From Chrysemys picta bellii (taxonomy: Eukaryota), in contig NC_088792.1 of assembly GCF_011386835.1 (NCBI RefSeq), forward strand, positions 178,932,001 to 178,996,000: a DNA stretch of 64,000 bases. The letters run 5' to 3'. The position numbers and the translations under genes are program-made. Positions 1 through 11,905 of this stretch are shown in pieces (the first letter of the stretch is position 1; each line of letters opens with the position of its first letter). The notes beneath the pieces were generated by a model. That model did not search any database, was not told the origin of the DNA, and saw nothing but the letters and a program-made list of their open reading frames with translations.

Positions 1-1105
1 GATAAACCTGCGCAAGCGCATTGCACACGTTCTGGATGAGACATTCGAGGAGATAACAGAGGCCGATTACAGCGATGTGATAAACCACATCACTGCACTA
101 TTCCGCATCGAGGCATGCATGCATAACCGTCCTCTCCCAAAGAGCCCTCACCAAAAAAATTCCTTCGCGGGAAAAAAAAACCCCGCTTACTGGGAACCTG
201 CTCTTCTGTTTGTCCTCCACCAAGTACCGACCGCTGCGACTGGCTACCTTCCTCCTGGCTCGAGAAGAGCTCCTGGCTGCAGGGATTCCAGGGTGTCTCC
301 ATCCAGCCCACCACCATCACTCCCGTTTTCCTCCTCCTCCTCCTCCCCCCCCCCCCCACCTGCTCTGAAGTGTCCATGGTGGTGCTCGGAGTGGAGGTGG
401 GATTAACCCCAAGTATCGCATGTAGAATCGGCAGGTCGCGGGGGGAGCACCTGAGCGGCCGTTTGCATCGCAGGCTTTATGGTAGGCACTCCACAGCTCC
501 TTCACTTTAATCCTGCACTGCAGGGCGTCCCGGTCATGGCCCCTTTCCATCATGTCCTTTGATACCTTCCCGAAGGTATCATAATCCCTACGGCTGGAGT
601 GCAGCTGGGACTGGACAGCTTCCTCCCCCCAGACACTGATGAAGTCTAGCAACTCGCCATTGCTCCATGCTGGGGCTCGCTTGGCGCGTGGAGGCATGGT
701 CACCTGGAAAGATTCGCTGATAGCACTCTACGCAACGCCGGGCTGAGCAAACAGGAAGGGGATTTTTAAAATTCCCGGGGAATGTAAAGGGTGAGTCACA
801 TTGTTGGTTACCTGAGGCCAGGGCAGTAGAGTTTGAACTGATGACCAGAGTGGCTAGAACAGGCATTGTGGGATACTGACGAATAATTCTGGAGGCCAGT
901 CACAGCGCATTGGGCGGCCACACTGGTGCTGCAACGCTGCAGCGGCAGCGCAATACTTGCTATTCCTCTCGGGGAAGTGGAGTACATGCAGCGCTGCAAC
1001 CACGGAGATACAGCGCTGCAAATGCCTTGCCAGTGTGGACGTTGAGTGAGTTACAGTGCTGGGGGTGGCTTTACAGCACTGTAACTCGCAAGTGTAGCCA
1101 AGGCC
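1..1105 (-). mobile_element. PIF/Harbinger DNA transposon, 5' part (continues beyond left edge of window)
   Basis: Terminus at ~1105 reads GGCCTTGGCTACACT on the - strand, similar to turtle Harbinger ends (GGCTAYGTCTACACT-like). It carries a Myb/SANT-like ORF at 317-703 followed by an acidic low-complexity linker. Confidence 0.75.
317..703 (-). pseudogene. Harbinger Myb/SANT-like (MADF-type) DNA-binding protein, frameshifted after ...CRFY
   Basis: The translation RAPAWSNGELLDFISVWGEEAVQSQL...DRDALQCRIKVKELWSAY has the spaced-Trp trihelix pattern of Myb_DNA-bind_4 domains. The frame breaks shortly after the domain. Confidence 0.75.
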
Positions 1106-1290
1106 ACAGCTAGTTAAATATAGCAATCCTCTCTCCGGGTCACCTGCTGAACTTGTGGTAAAGAGATGGAGGGTTAGAACGCGACTTGGCCTACATGTCC
1201 TGTGCAGTGGAGTAAGATGAAGGGAGCCCTTCCCCCTGCCCTTGCACGACTGTCTGGGCTACCAAGATCTTGGGTCTGGATACACTAGAA

Positions 1291-1693
1291 CAGTGGTTCT
1301 CAACCTTTCCTGACTACCGTACCCCTTTCAGGAGTCTGATTTGTCTTGCGTACCCCCAAGTTTCACCTCACTTAAAAACTACTTGCTTACAAAATCAGAC
1401 ATAAAAATACAAAAGGGTCACAGCACACTATTGCTGAAAAATTGCTGACTTTCTCATTTTTACCATATAATTATAAAATCAATTGAATATGAAAATTGTA
1501 CTTACATTTCAGAGTAGAGTATGTACAGCAGCATAAACAAGTCACTGTATGAAATTTTAGTTTGTACTGACTTCGCTAGTGCTTTTTATGTAGCCGTTTG
1601 TAAAACTAGGCAAATATCTAGATGAGTTGTTGTACTCCCTGGAAGACCTCTGAGTACAACCAGGGGTACGTGTACCCGGGTTGAGAACCAGTG
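1291..1693. mobile_element. Non-autonomous hAT (Charlie/Buster-like) element, 403 bp
   Basis: TIRs CAGTGGTTCTCAACC / GGTTGAGAACCAGTG. Perfect 8-bp TSD CACTAGAA at 1283-1290 and 1694-1701. Confidence 0.9.
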
Positions 1694-4600
1694 CACTAGA
1701 ATAAGAGAATGCTGTGCACCTGTTACTCCTCCCTCCAAAATAAGTGGATGGGAAGGAGAGGGGAAACAGGCAGAGCCTTGACTCTGTGCCCCCAACACAC
1801 TGACCAGCATGTGGGATGGTCATAATTTGCAGCTGATATGGCCTGCAGCAAATTACTGTGTCCCTCTCCAAGGGAAGAGGGAAGTAGTGAGAGGGTGGGA
1901 GAGAGAGACTATGCCTCAGACAGGTGTGTCTGAAGCACAATATCTCTTATGGTGTTAGTTACCCATTTGCTCTGGGTGCAGCCTAATGTCACTCTGGCCC
2001 GCTATTATTTAATAAATAGGGCTAAGGGTTGCATTTGACTGTTATTACAGAAGCAACTATATAGAGGTACCATGCAGAACTTTCATCAAAAGTGCCTGAC
2101 CACCACCAGCAGCAAGTGGCTAATAAAATACAACTTCCACTGACCATGTCAGTTTGTTTGCCTGCTTTTTCTCCTTGGATATAATTGGAGAATTGACTTT
2201 ATCAGCTAACAGCCACAAAACCACTCTTCCCAAGACCACAGAAGAGCCTCTTGAGATGCCTTTATTAGAGTGATTGTTGTGCTTGGTCAACAATGAAATG
2301 TCACTAATAATCACTTTCTTTAAAAGCAATTGTTCAGCCTTCTTCCTCTTGAGACTTACCAATTGATAATCTTGTTCTACAGCAAACAAGTTTCAAGGCA
2401 AAATGTTACCACAGTTGGGGACTCTGCTGACTTTTATACAGTGCTAAGAAAAGGGTGCACCTCTCATTCTCAGATACCCTTCTGTCTCATCAATCAAAAA
2501 GTAAAGGTGTCCTCTCTCCACTAGGGCTGTAACAATTATCCTACCATTCAGGTCAGAACTTTGCCCGTGTAAGGATTTCCTTTGAGAAAAGTAAACTTGT
2601 TTGTTAAGGTTTTCTGTGGGTCTTTTTCACTGCAAGTGCATCCATTGGGTGTACATTAAATTGCACATAAGCAGGTGCATAGAGCCATTTGTGTGAAAAA
2701 TGTTTCCCTACCTGTTTAAGTCTGCACCGAGAAATATGTGATTCGCATGCTTAACTGCATATTTTTGCATTCACAAGTGAATAGTTTCTTTGGCACAACG
2801 TTTTAGTGGGGTTTGCCTTCAATTATGTACACCAAGACGCTACTGATTAGTATTTATTTGCAGAAATGTAGAAACAGCAAAGGAAAATCTAAAATGAGTA
2901 AGGACTAAGTGGAGGTGGAAAAAAGGCAGGTAATGAAAGAAAACAATGCACTTCCATAATATTTCTTATGGTGATACTGTGTGCGTATCTGATGAAATCT
3001 TATTAAAAACATCCAATTTAAAACTACTTGTTTGGCAAACAATGCACTGATGGATGATGATCTAAGCCATTTGCATAAGAATTATGTAATAAAGGGTGAA
3101 AAAGGCATGCATTATGTCTAATATGTCTTCAGCCCTTTGTTTGTGATACTTTTATTAGCTCTGTTTAATTATTCTTAAAAATTTTGAGGATATCTGATTG
3201 GCTAAATCACTGTCTAACATTCAGATATTCTTTAGAAATGTGTGTAGTAATAATGTCTGGTTTGTCTGGAATTGCCAAGACCGGAAGTGAGGGAAGAACA
3301 TTAGTGAAGTGCTTTCATTAGATAAAGTTAGGTCTGGGGGAAAAAAACTGTTTTTCTCCTTTTGAATACAAAAAAATTAAAAGCATGTCAAGCCAAAAAT
3401 GTCATCAGATCAGCACATGGCTAGAGTCAGTGACACATGTATAACTCTCCCTTGACCAAATTCTGCTTTCAATTATTCCAGTGTAAATCAATGCTGTTAC
3501 TCCAGGTTTAAATTAGGGTAACTGAAGACAGAATTTGGTGCTTAGTTTGCATATGTATTTTTCATTTCCTATTGCGACAACACCGAATCTCTCTGTTGTA
3601 TTTCAGCAGGTTCTTGATATTAAACTTTCTTTCAGTTCAAACAAACAAGGCACTCTGTACTTGCACTCTGTAGTCTGGTTTCATCAGAAGGTTTAAATTA
3701 CAAATGCAGCTACAGAAAATGTCTTGCACAAAAGGAATACATTTTTGGATTGAATTTGCTAACTACTTTTTATTTTTCATGTTCCATTCCTTTGTCATAC
3801 TTTTGCTCTGTGCATGTGAGAAACTTTGCATCACAAGGTCCAGTCTATTGCACCTCTCCTGGATAAAAAATGTCAAGAAGATATTAATCAAAACAGATTT
3901 TTCTCTTTCCAGAGCCATGTAGTGCCTGGTCTGGTAATGCACTTGCAGCAGAAGAGAAGAAAAAGAAGTAACCCACAAAATAATTATTGAAGAAAACATT
4001 TAAGAAAAGTCAAGTCCATAAATGCCTGTTTATAAAATGAATTTAACTCCTCCCAAACTTCACTAACACATTTTCCAGGATATGCTATGGGTTTCTTTTC
4101 TAATTGTTATTAAATATAGTCTCACCTAGACCCACAGATGGCTTTCCCTGTGACATATTTCTTTGAAGTATCATTAATGTTCACTAAGGCTGGTATTTTC
4201 CAAGTGCCCTAATGGAGTTAGATATGCAACATCTATTGACTTTCCATGCCTTAAATCTTAGAGTGAGATTTCGATACCCTTATTTCTGTTGACTAGCACC
4301 TTTCTCCACAAGTATTTTCACTGAAGCTAATGAGGCTACATATGGAGTAAGATGCTTATCAACAGGAGTAAGAATCTCATAATCTGTCCCTTTATTATGA
4401 GCATACACATATAATTTCTAAGTTATTTTAGGACTGCTAGATTCTATTGCTTTTGCTATATTTGTGGTCCATTCTCTGTTAGAAGTTGCACATTGGATAT
4501 GATTGAATCTACTAGTTTCTCTGTCTGCTATTCAGCAGGTAGTTCACATTTCCTTTTGGGGGGGAGGAATCCCTTTTCCTTAAAAATTTTCTGCAGAAAT

Positions 4601-4819
4601 AATTTCTGTGGTTTGTCACCCAATATTTCTTCTGGGTTGAAATTATGTTTAGTGGCTTTTGGCCTCTAACCTAGAAGACTCTTTCAAGGATGCAGCTGCT
4701 TTTGAAATTGCTGTTGAAATATAAATTATTTTACAATAGATTCTGGATAAGATGGTGCCTTTTTTGCCAATGGACTGGGTAATTTCATCGTATTTTCCTT
4801 TTTGTACCTGAAAATCATA

Positions 4820-4960
4820 AAAGCAGAATGGTGATAGCTACTTAGTGGCCATAGATGTAGGTTCTTTCTCTCTTTGCATGGTGTTAGTCTTCTCAGCAGC
4901 ATTTGACATGGTAGCTTGTGGTACTGGAATTCTTTTTACTATTTGGAGTCCATTTGGGGG
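4820..4960 (+). mobile_element. Old L2-like LINE RT fragment
   Basis: TCAGCAGCATTTGACATGGTA translates to SAAFDMV, resembling the L2 RT motif LDLSAAFDTV. Very degraded; boundaries approximate. Confidence 0.4.
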
Positions 4961-5030
4961 CTGTCTGGTGCAACATAGGCAAAAATCTTATTTAATGTGA
5001 TGTCATCATAATTGATACATTTCAGATTCT

Positions 5031-6164
5031 ACATTTCAGATACATTTCATGATCCATTGTCTACAGCCAAGCCCTAAGATACAACTACATTTGCTCCACT
5101 CCCTCAAACAGAGACAAACACCTACAAGATCTCTATCAAGCATTCTTAACACTACACTACCCACCTGGGGAAGTGAGGAAACAGATTGACAGAGCGAGAT
5201 GGGTACCCAGAAGTCACCTACTACAGGACAGGCTCAACAAGGAAAATAACAGAACACCACTGGCCATCATGTACAGCCCCCAGCTAAAACCTCTCTAGCA
5301 CATCATCAACAATCTACAACCTATCCTGGAAAACAATCCTTCCCTCTCACAGACCTTGGGAGGCAGGCCAGTCCTGGCCTACAGACAGCCCCCCAACCTG
5401 AAGCAAATACTCACCAGCAACTACGCACCACACCACAGAAACACTAACCCAAGAACTAATCCCTGTAACAAACCCCATATCTGTCCCCATATCTACTCTA
5501 ACGACACCATCATAGGACCCAACCACATCAGCCACACCATCACGGACTCATTCACCTGCACATCTACCACTATGATATATACCATGTACCAGCAATGCCC
5601 CTCTGCTATGTACATTAGCCAAACCGGACAGTCTCTATGTAAAAGAATAAATGGACACAAATCAGACATCAGGAATGGTAACATACAGAAGTCAGTAGGA
5701 GAACACTTCAGTCTCCCTGAACATTCTATAACAGATTTAAAAGTAGCCATTGTTCAACAACAAAAATTCAAAAACAGACTTCAAAGAGAAACTGCAGAGC
5801 TACAATTTATTTGCAAACTTAACACCATTAATTTGGGCTTGAATAGGGACTGGGAGTGGCTGGCTCACTACAAAACAAATTTCCCTCTCTTGGTATTGAC
5901 ATCGCCTTATCAATTATTGGGGGTGGACCACATCCACCCTGAGTGAATTGGCCCTGTCAGCACTGGTTCTCCACTTGTAAGGTTACTCCCTTATCTTCAT
6001 GTGCCAGTATGTTTGACTATTTCTGTTATTTTCAGTCCATGCATCTGAAGAAGTGGGTTTTTTTACCCACGAAAGCTTATGTCCAAATAAATCTGTTAGT
6101 CTTTAAAGTGCCACCGACCTTATTGTTTTTGTGGATACAGACTAACATGGCTACCCCTTTGATT
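5031..6164 (+). mobile_element. Penelope-like retroelement, 5'-truncated (RT thumb, GIY-YIG endonuclease, pLTR)
   Basis: ORF 5356-5946 contains CPSAMYISQTGQSLCKRINGHKSDIRNG (GIY-YIG region). High similarity to the copy at 15328-18396. Probable 11-bp TSD TTTCAGATTCT at 5020-5030 and 6165-6175. Confidence 0.9.
6041..6082 (+). ncRNA. Minimal type-I hammerhead ribozyme motif in Penelope pLTR (core intact)
   Basis: GCAT-CTGAAGA-A-GTGGG(TTTTTTTA)CCCAC-GAAA-GC-T-T-ATGT. This gives helix I GCAU/AUGU, a CUGANGA core, helix II, GAAA, and a palindromic AGCU helix III. Confidence 0.7.
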
Positions 6165-7090
6165 TTTCAGATTCTGTTTCTTGTGCTGTCCAACAGAGAA
6201 ATACTGCAGAGCCTTTACACTATTTATGTGCTTCCATTTGGTTCAGTCATAAGAAGGCATAATCTGTATTTCGATAGCTATGCAGCCAATACACCAAAAT
6301 ACTTTATCTTTCCATGTGAATGTCAGATTGTGAAATGTACTGTTTGCAGGACACTCCACAATGGATGTCCCACGACTCTGAAGCTGAATTCAAAGAAAAC
6401 ACACACACTAATAATCATCTCTAAGCAACTGCTGAGTGATTCTACAACCATGGTGATTCCATGCAATAATGTATTACTGATTCCAGGAAGTTTCAAAAGA
6501 TTGGTTGTCTTGATATCCTCAGACACAATGATGGATATGTATCTTAGGACCACTATTAAAACCTCTTTCTTTCATCTTTGAAACATTGCCAGACCAGCGT
6601 TCAGCAAAACAGATTTGGAGCTATTGATAAATGCTTTTATATCCTCAAACTGAGTGTTGCAATGCTTTATTTTAAAGGACTCCTATGTGCAGTACATCGA
6701 GTTTACAGTTTCTTTAAAACGCAGCAACTTGCATTCTTACAGTCACTCAGCTGTCTAAATATATTACTACTTTTAAAACACCTTTTCATTGTCTTCCTTT
6801 TAAATTTACATCTCAGTTCTAAAGTTCTTTTAGTCACATTCCAGCTCCTTAAGACAGACTTTCAGCCTTTAGGACCCCCCTTGGAGATACAGAGCTATTT
6901 CTCTGACTTACCTATAGAGCCAGACCAGGTGGGATGCACTAACGCCGACAAAGCGAGATAAATAGATGAGTGTCTAGGGCACAAGAAAGAGTAGAGGAAA
7001 AACAGGAAATTCTGTAGAGAAAACCCTTCTCAGGGAAGAACCATGGACTACAGTTGCATATGTTCTCCTACCTTACCCAAGAGTCTCTAA

Positions 7091-7465
7091 GGATATGTTT
7101 ACACTGCATTGTAAACCTGGGTCTGTGGGATCTGGGCTTGCAGATTCAGGGATTTCAAGCATGTGCTTGAGCATCCATACTGAATTGTAAACCTGGATTT
7201 ACGGTCTCACAGCCATGCTAACATAGTGCACTACACAGACCTTCTGACCTGGATCTGCAGTTTGTGTCCACACAGCAAAATGACTGGGCTTGGACCCGAG
7301 TCACAGTGGGATTCGGGCTCTGACCCACCCCCATAGCAGATCTTAGCACCCAGGTCCTGAGTGCTTGCCGACCTGAGTCAGACTGGTGAGTGTGTGAATG
7401 GAAGGGGGGACTTGGGCTCAAATCTGAGTCAGAGCCCAAGCTTTGTGTACAGTGTAGACATAATT
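7091..7465. mobile_element. Non-autonomous Harbinger MITE, 375 bp
   Basis: Ends GGATATGTTTACACT / AGTGTAGACATAATT. Flanked by TAA at 7088-7090 and 7466-7468, the TWA TSD typical of Harbinger. Confidence 0.8.
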
Positions 7466-8555
7466 TAAAGGGCACACTTCCATAAGCAACCTTCAAATAA
7501 GTTTTTGTGTCCTGCCTCCAGTTTCCTGCTGAAATTATACCTACGTAAGTTAAATTCTGCTAAGTAGAGTCCTAAAAAGTAAAATAGAAAACAAGTGTCT
7601 TTTTAAGATTTAGCAGAGGTATTACAGCAATGAAGCAGGTACTTTGGTGGTCTGAACAGAAAGATGTACTAAAGTAGTATTTAACTGATTCCACTAAAAG
7701 TAAATGCATGTAGATATTCAATATTTTTTTAAATGATAAAACTGAGTTTCTGTGAGGTCTAAAATATGTAAGAAGGCTAATTCTGGTCTTTGGAACTGCT
7801 TGACTGCAGATCCTCCTACCATCAAAATAAAATTGGCACCAGCAATCTGAATAATCAAATCACAGCTAAGTCTATTTTAAGTTGCTTGATTTTTATCCTG
7901 TTTTCCAACATCCAATGTGCAATGCAAAGCACTTATTGCCAGCAAAGTACCTAGTCAGGCAACCAAATCACCAGATACTGATTTGTCAATGAAAAGAAGT
8001 CACTTTATGCAGGTTGGTGGGCCTCCTCTTTTGACATTGGCAGGCCCCTGACATTTGTTTCCAAACATTGTTTAGATCCAAAAATCTAAAATAAATGACT
8101 GCATGTGAGGATTTAATCAGATTTTTCCCCCCACTTTTTCAGTTGTCTTTTTAAAAAAATTGGAGATTTTAATTGGTTTGTTAACCTGCCAGATGTACAA
8201 CTGTGATCTGTCGCGAAGACCTGTATTGGCCAGGCACCAATTAAGGAAAGCACCTAAGTGCATGCTTAAATCCATCTTTGTTCAGCAAAGCAGTGAAGGC
8301 AAATGTGATTTAAGCATACACTGAAGTGTTTTACTGTACCGGGATGGTATTAAGCATGTACTTAAAACTGAACAAGTCCTTAAAGTACTTTACTAAATCA
8401 GGGCCTTTATCTTTTAGATTCTATTCTGAAATTAACACTTCATCCCATATGCTGTGGTTTCCCGTTCAAGCATGGGACTACTATAGTATCCCCTTAGACC
8501 TAAATGGCGTCAAATGGAATTGTACAAGATCCCCCTTGACTAGCAAAATGTAAGG

Positions 8556-8598
8556 AGTACTTTAGACAAGATCAGTACTTTAGACAAGATCAATACTT
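8556..8598. repeat. 18-bp tandem duplication (AGTACTTTAGACAAGATC x2 plus a partial copy)
   Basis: Read directly from the sequence. Confidence 0.85.
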
Positions 8599-9699
8599 CT
8601 TAGCTCCAAACTAGATATTTAAGACTACAATTCCCATTTCACAACCTGTAATTTAGGTATTAATCTTTGACTCATCCTTGACATTCTACTCACACCTACG
8701 AGTACTTTGGTGCTCAGTATGTTTTAGAATTTAACAAAATTAGGTATACTGCATTTTGCCATGGAAGGGCTAGAAAAAATACACACTTTTTTCTATGCTA
8801 GATTAGCAGAAGCATATTTTGCAATTTTAGCAACTCCATATGAGATAGAGGTGTGTATGTTTGTGTGTGTCAGGGCAGTTATACCTGAGTAGCATATAGG
8901 GTGTGTGTATAGTGGACGTGAATGGAGGGGAAGTAGTCTTTTATCCACCATTTAAGGGTTTAAATAATTTTAAATCTAGAAAATTAAGCTTTTTAAAAAT
9001 TAACATGGATGATTTTGTCTTTATCTGTTCCGTTCAATGTCATCCAACTCTTATTTCCTGTACCTCTTCCCACTGAGTTCCCTGCACTCATTTTTCAGTG
9101 CCTTCTCTAATACTTTGCAACTCCCTGACATGCCCCCAGATGTCCTGTAAGATGTGAATTTGATTTTGGGGAATTGCACCTTTAAATTTCAGATGAGTCT
9201 GCCTGCCTATGGGACAGCTGCCATTTTGTGACCCATGGGCAAAGTGGCATGTCACAGAGGAGAGAGACACTGTGCTCTCTCATTAGCACTTTACTTCTGC
9301 TTGGTCTGTTGTTTCTGGTCATTCAAAATGTCTTTGGGCTTGAAAGTGTGTACATTTTCTCTAAGTGTATGGGGGGAAATTAGCAGAAGACTGCCTGGAG
9401 AAAGAGAAGGAGCAAGGAAGGTCTCTCTTAAAAATTATAGAAAATGACAGCTGCACACTTATGGAAAAAATACAGAAGTTTCCAATTTATTGAAAATTAG
9501 GAAGAAATTGCAACCTATGTTTAGAAGCTAGAACATTGTTAGGCAACTGGTGTGCTGTGATGATTGTTTACTACACTAATCATAATCACCTCACTTGTGG
9601 CTACAACAAAGGGAACACCTGTTTTTTTCTCATCATGCACTTAGGTTCTGACCATGCATCACTAAAGTCAATAAGTGTCATTGACTTCAACGAGCATAG

Positions 9700-9845
9700 G
9701 ATCAAGCCCTTAGACTGTAAACTCTTTTGGGGCAGCATCTATCTTTACATTGTGTTTGTACAGTGCCTAGCACAATGGGGCCCTAATGTCTGGTTGTGCC
9801 CTTTAAGCACTACAACAAGACAAATTCTAAAAGAGTAATAATAGT
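9700..9845 (+). mobile_element. MIR/L2-tail SINE 3' fragment
   Basis: TAGACTGTAAACTC...GTACAGTGCCTAGCACAATGGGGCCC with a TAATAA-type tail, the L2-derived 3' end of CORE-SINEs. Confidence 0.6.
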
Positions 9846-10468
9846 AGAACACAAACTATAAATAATAGTAGAATTTGGAGGCAAACACTATTTCAAGCTG
9901 GGGTAAAAAACACCCATTTCCTAAAACTGGTGGGAAGAGTGACATGTCCAGTGTTTAAAAGCAAAGGGCTGTTTAGATATGAAAGGTACTATCTGGAATA
10001 TCGGCAACAGTGCTTCAGAGAATACTAGGTGCTCTAGGGTTAAGTGGCATTAGCTGTTGTTTGGATGGCATGCTTTATTGAAAACTGGGATAAAGATAGA
10101 GCAACTGGCTACATTTTTAAGAGGTTTGGGAAAAAATTTAAAACCTGGTTCGCACAGTTAGAATAATGTGCCTCCTTCCAGAATCAAGCTGCTCATTTGG
10201 GGCATAATACAGAAGCAGATGGGATGCATTCCTCAAAGGGGAAAATATGAGTCATTTAAAATGTGGCTATAACTCTGAATAGACTGAGAACTTTTTTGAC
10301 AGTGTTAAACTATTAGGGAAGACTTATTATTCATTCCAAATTTATCAGCAGTAGTTAGTCAAGTGTCTGCATCCTTAAGAAAAAATGTGAAAGGGCTTTA
10401 GATCAGAAGCAAAAGCAAAACTCAATAGTTCTAAAGTCATGATGCATTTAGAGCAGCATTTCTCAAAT

Positions 10469-10671
10469 ATCAGAGGGGTAGCTGTGTTAGTCTGGATCTG
10501 TAAAAAGCAACAGAGGGTCCTGTGGCACCTTTGAGACTAACAGATGTATTGGAGCATAAGCTTTCATGGGTGAATATCCACTTTGTCAGACGCATGAAGT
10601 GGGTATTCACCCACAAAAGCTTATGCTCCAATACTTCTGTTAGTCTATAAGGTGCCACAGGACTCTTTGTT
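10469..10671. mobile_element. 203-bp Penelope-derived hairpin element (inverted pLTR pair)
   Basis: Arms 10507-10583 and 10597-10673 match at 69/77 in inverted orientation and resemble the Penelope pLTR tails elsewhere in the window. 13-bp TSD GCATTTCTCAAAT at 10456-10468 and 10672-10684. Confidence 0.85.
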
Positions 10672-11905
10672 GCATTTCTCAAATGCGGCCACTGGGGACT
10701 TTTCGTGAGGCCATGACAGCCTCCTGGCCAATGATGGGGAGGGGGCAGGTAAAGCATCGGCCCCTCCCTCTCCCTCTCCCTGCTTGTTACTCCTGGATGT
10801 ACCGCCCTGCACCGCCCCTGGAGAGAGGTGGGGCACAAAGCTGCAGGAGCAAGGTGAGTTCTTGACTCACCTTGGGGGGAGTGGTTTGGATGGCAGGCTC
10901 CAGTGGCGGGACTTCAGGAACCTGGCCATGCAGCTCCAGGCTCCAACCATGGGGCAGCGGGTACTGACCCCCCAGCTCTGGACATGCGGCCCTGGCCACC
11001 AGCTGCGGGGCTTCAGCCACCAGCTGCGGGGCTTCAGCCTCCAGCCCCTGGTTCCAGCTGCATGGCAGCAGACACTGGCTCCCGGCTCCAGTCCCAGGCT
11101 CCGGCTGCGCAGTGGTAGGTGCTGGCCACAGGTGCTGACCCCCAGCTGCACGGCAGCAGGCTCCAACTGTGGGGCTTTGGGCACCAATCCCTGGTTCTGG
11201 CTGCGGGGGCAGCAGGTTCTGATGTCCAGCCACAGAGCTTCAGTCGGCCTCTGGCCCCCAGTTCCGGCCTTGCAGTGGCGAGCGCTGACCCCAGGCTCCA
11301 GCTGCACAGCCCCAACCCCTGGTGCTAATCCTCTGCCCCAGCTGTACAGCAGCAGGTGCCGACCCACAGCTCCAGCTGTGTGGCCCCAGCCCCTGTCGCT
11401 GATCCCCTGCCCCAGCTGCATGGCAGCAGGCACCAACCCACCGCTCTGTTCCCAGGCTCTGGCCACACGGTGGCAGGAGCTGGCCCCGGGTGCCGACCCT
11501 TGGCTCTGGTCACACAGCAGTGAATACTGGCTGTGACCATGCAGCAGCGAGCACTGGCTCCGGCCATGCACCCCTGGGCTATTGCACCCGGCTCCGGACT
11601 CTGGCTGTGCGGCAGCAGGCACCGGCCTCGGGTGCTAACCAACAGCTCCAGCTCTGCGACAGCAGGCTCCAATCCCTGGCTCCGGCTACACAGTTCCTGT
11701 CTCTGGCTCCTGGTTCCGGCTATGGGCACTGAGCCCTGGCCCATGGCAGCAGGCCCTGGCTCTGGCCACAGTGGGGCTCATCACCCACCCCCATTGCCCC
11801 TGGATCCCGCTGCCTCCCCCAACCCCACATCCATCCCACCATTGCCTCTAGCCCCTGCTGCCTTCCCCTTCGCCCCCACTCCAGGGTTTAATGGGTCCTG
11901 GAGCT

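Noticed and set aside
3055-3200. C/D-box snoRNA (TGATGA...CTGA)
   Set aside because: No terminal stem, no recognisable guide sequence, and no host intron is evident.
5943-6961. 212-aa and 127-aa ORFs after the Penelope endonuclease
   Set aside because: They run from pLTR sequence into AT-rich flank, have no motifs, and start inside the repeat.
10553-10626. Active hammerheads in the 203-bp hairpin
   Set aside because: The - strand core is CTGACAA (G8 lost). The + strand copy lacks CUGA and has AAAA in place of GAAA.
10784-11744. Cluster of long overlapping ORFs (up to 251 aa) on both strands
   Set aside because: They lie in degenerate GC-rich repeats inside a non-autonomous hAT; stop codons are rare for compositional reasons and no domain is recognisable.
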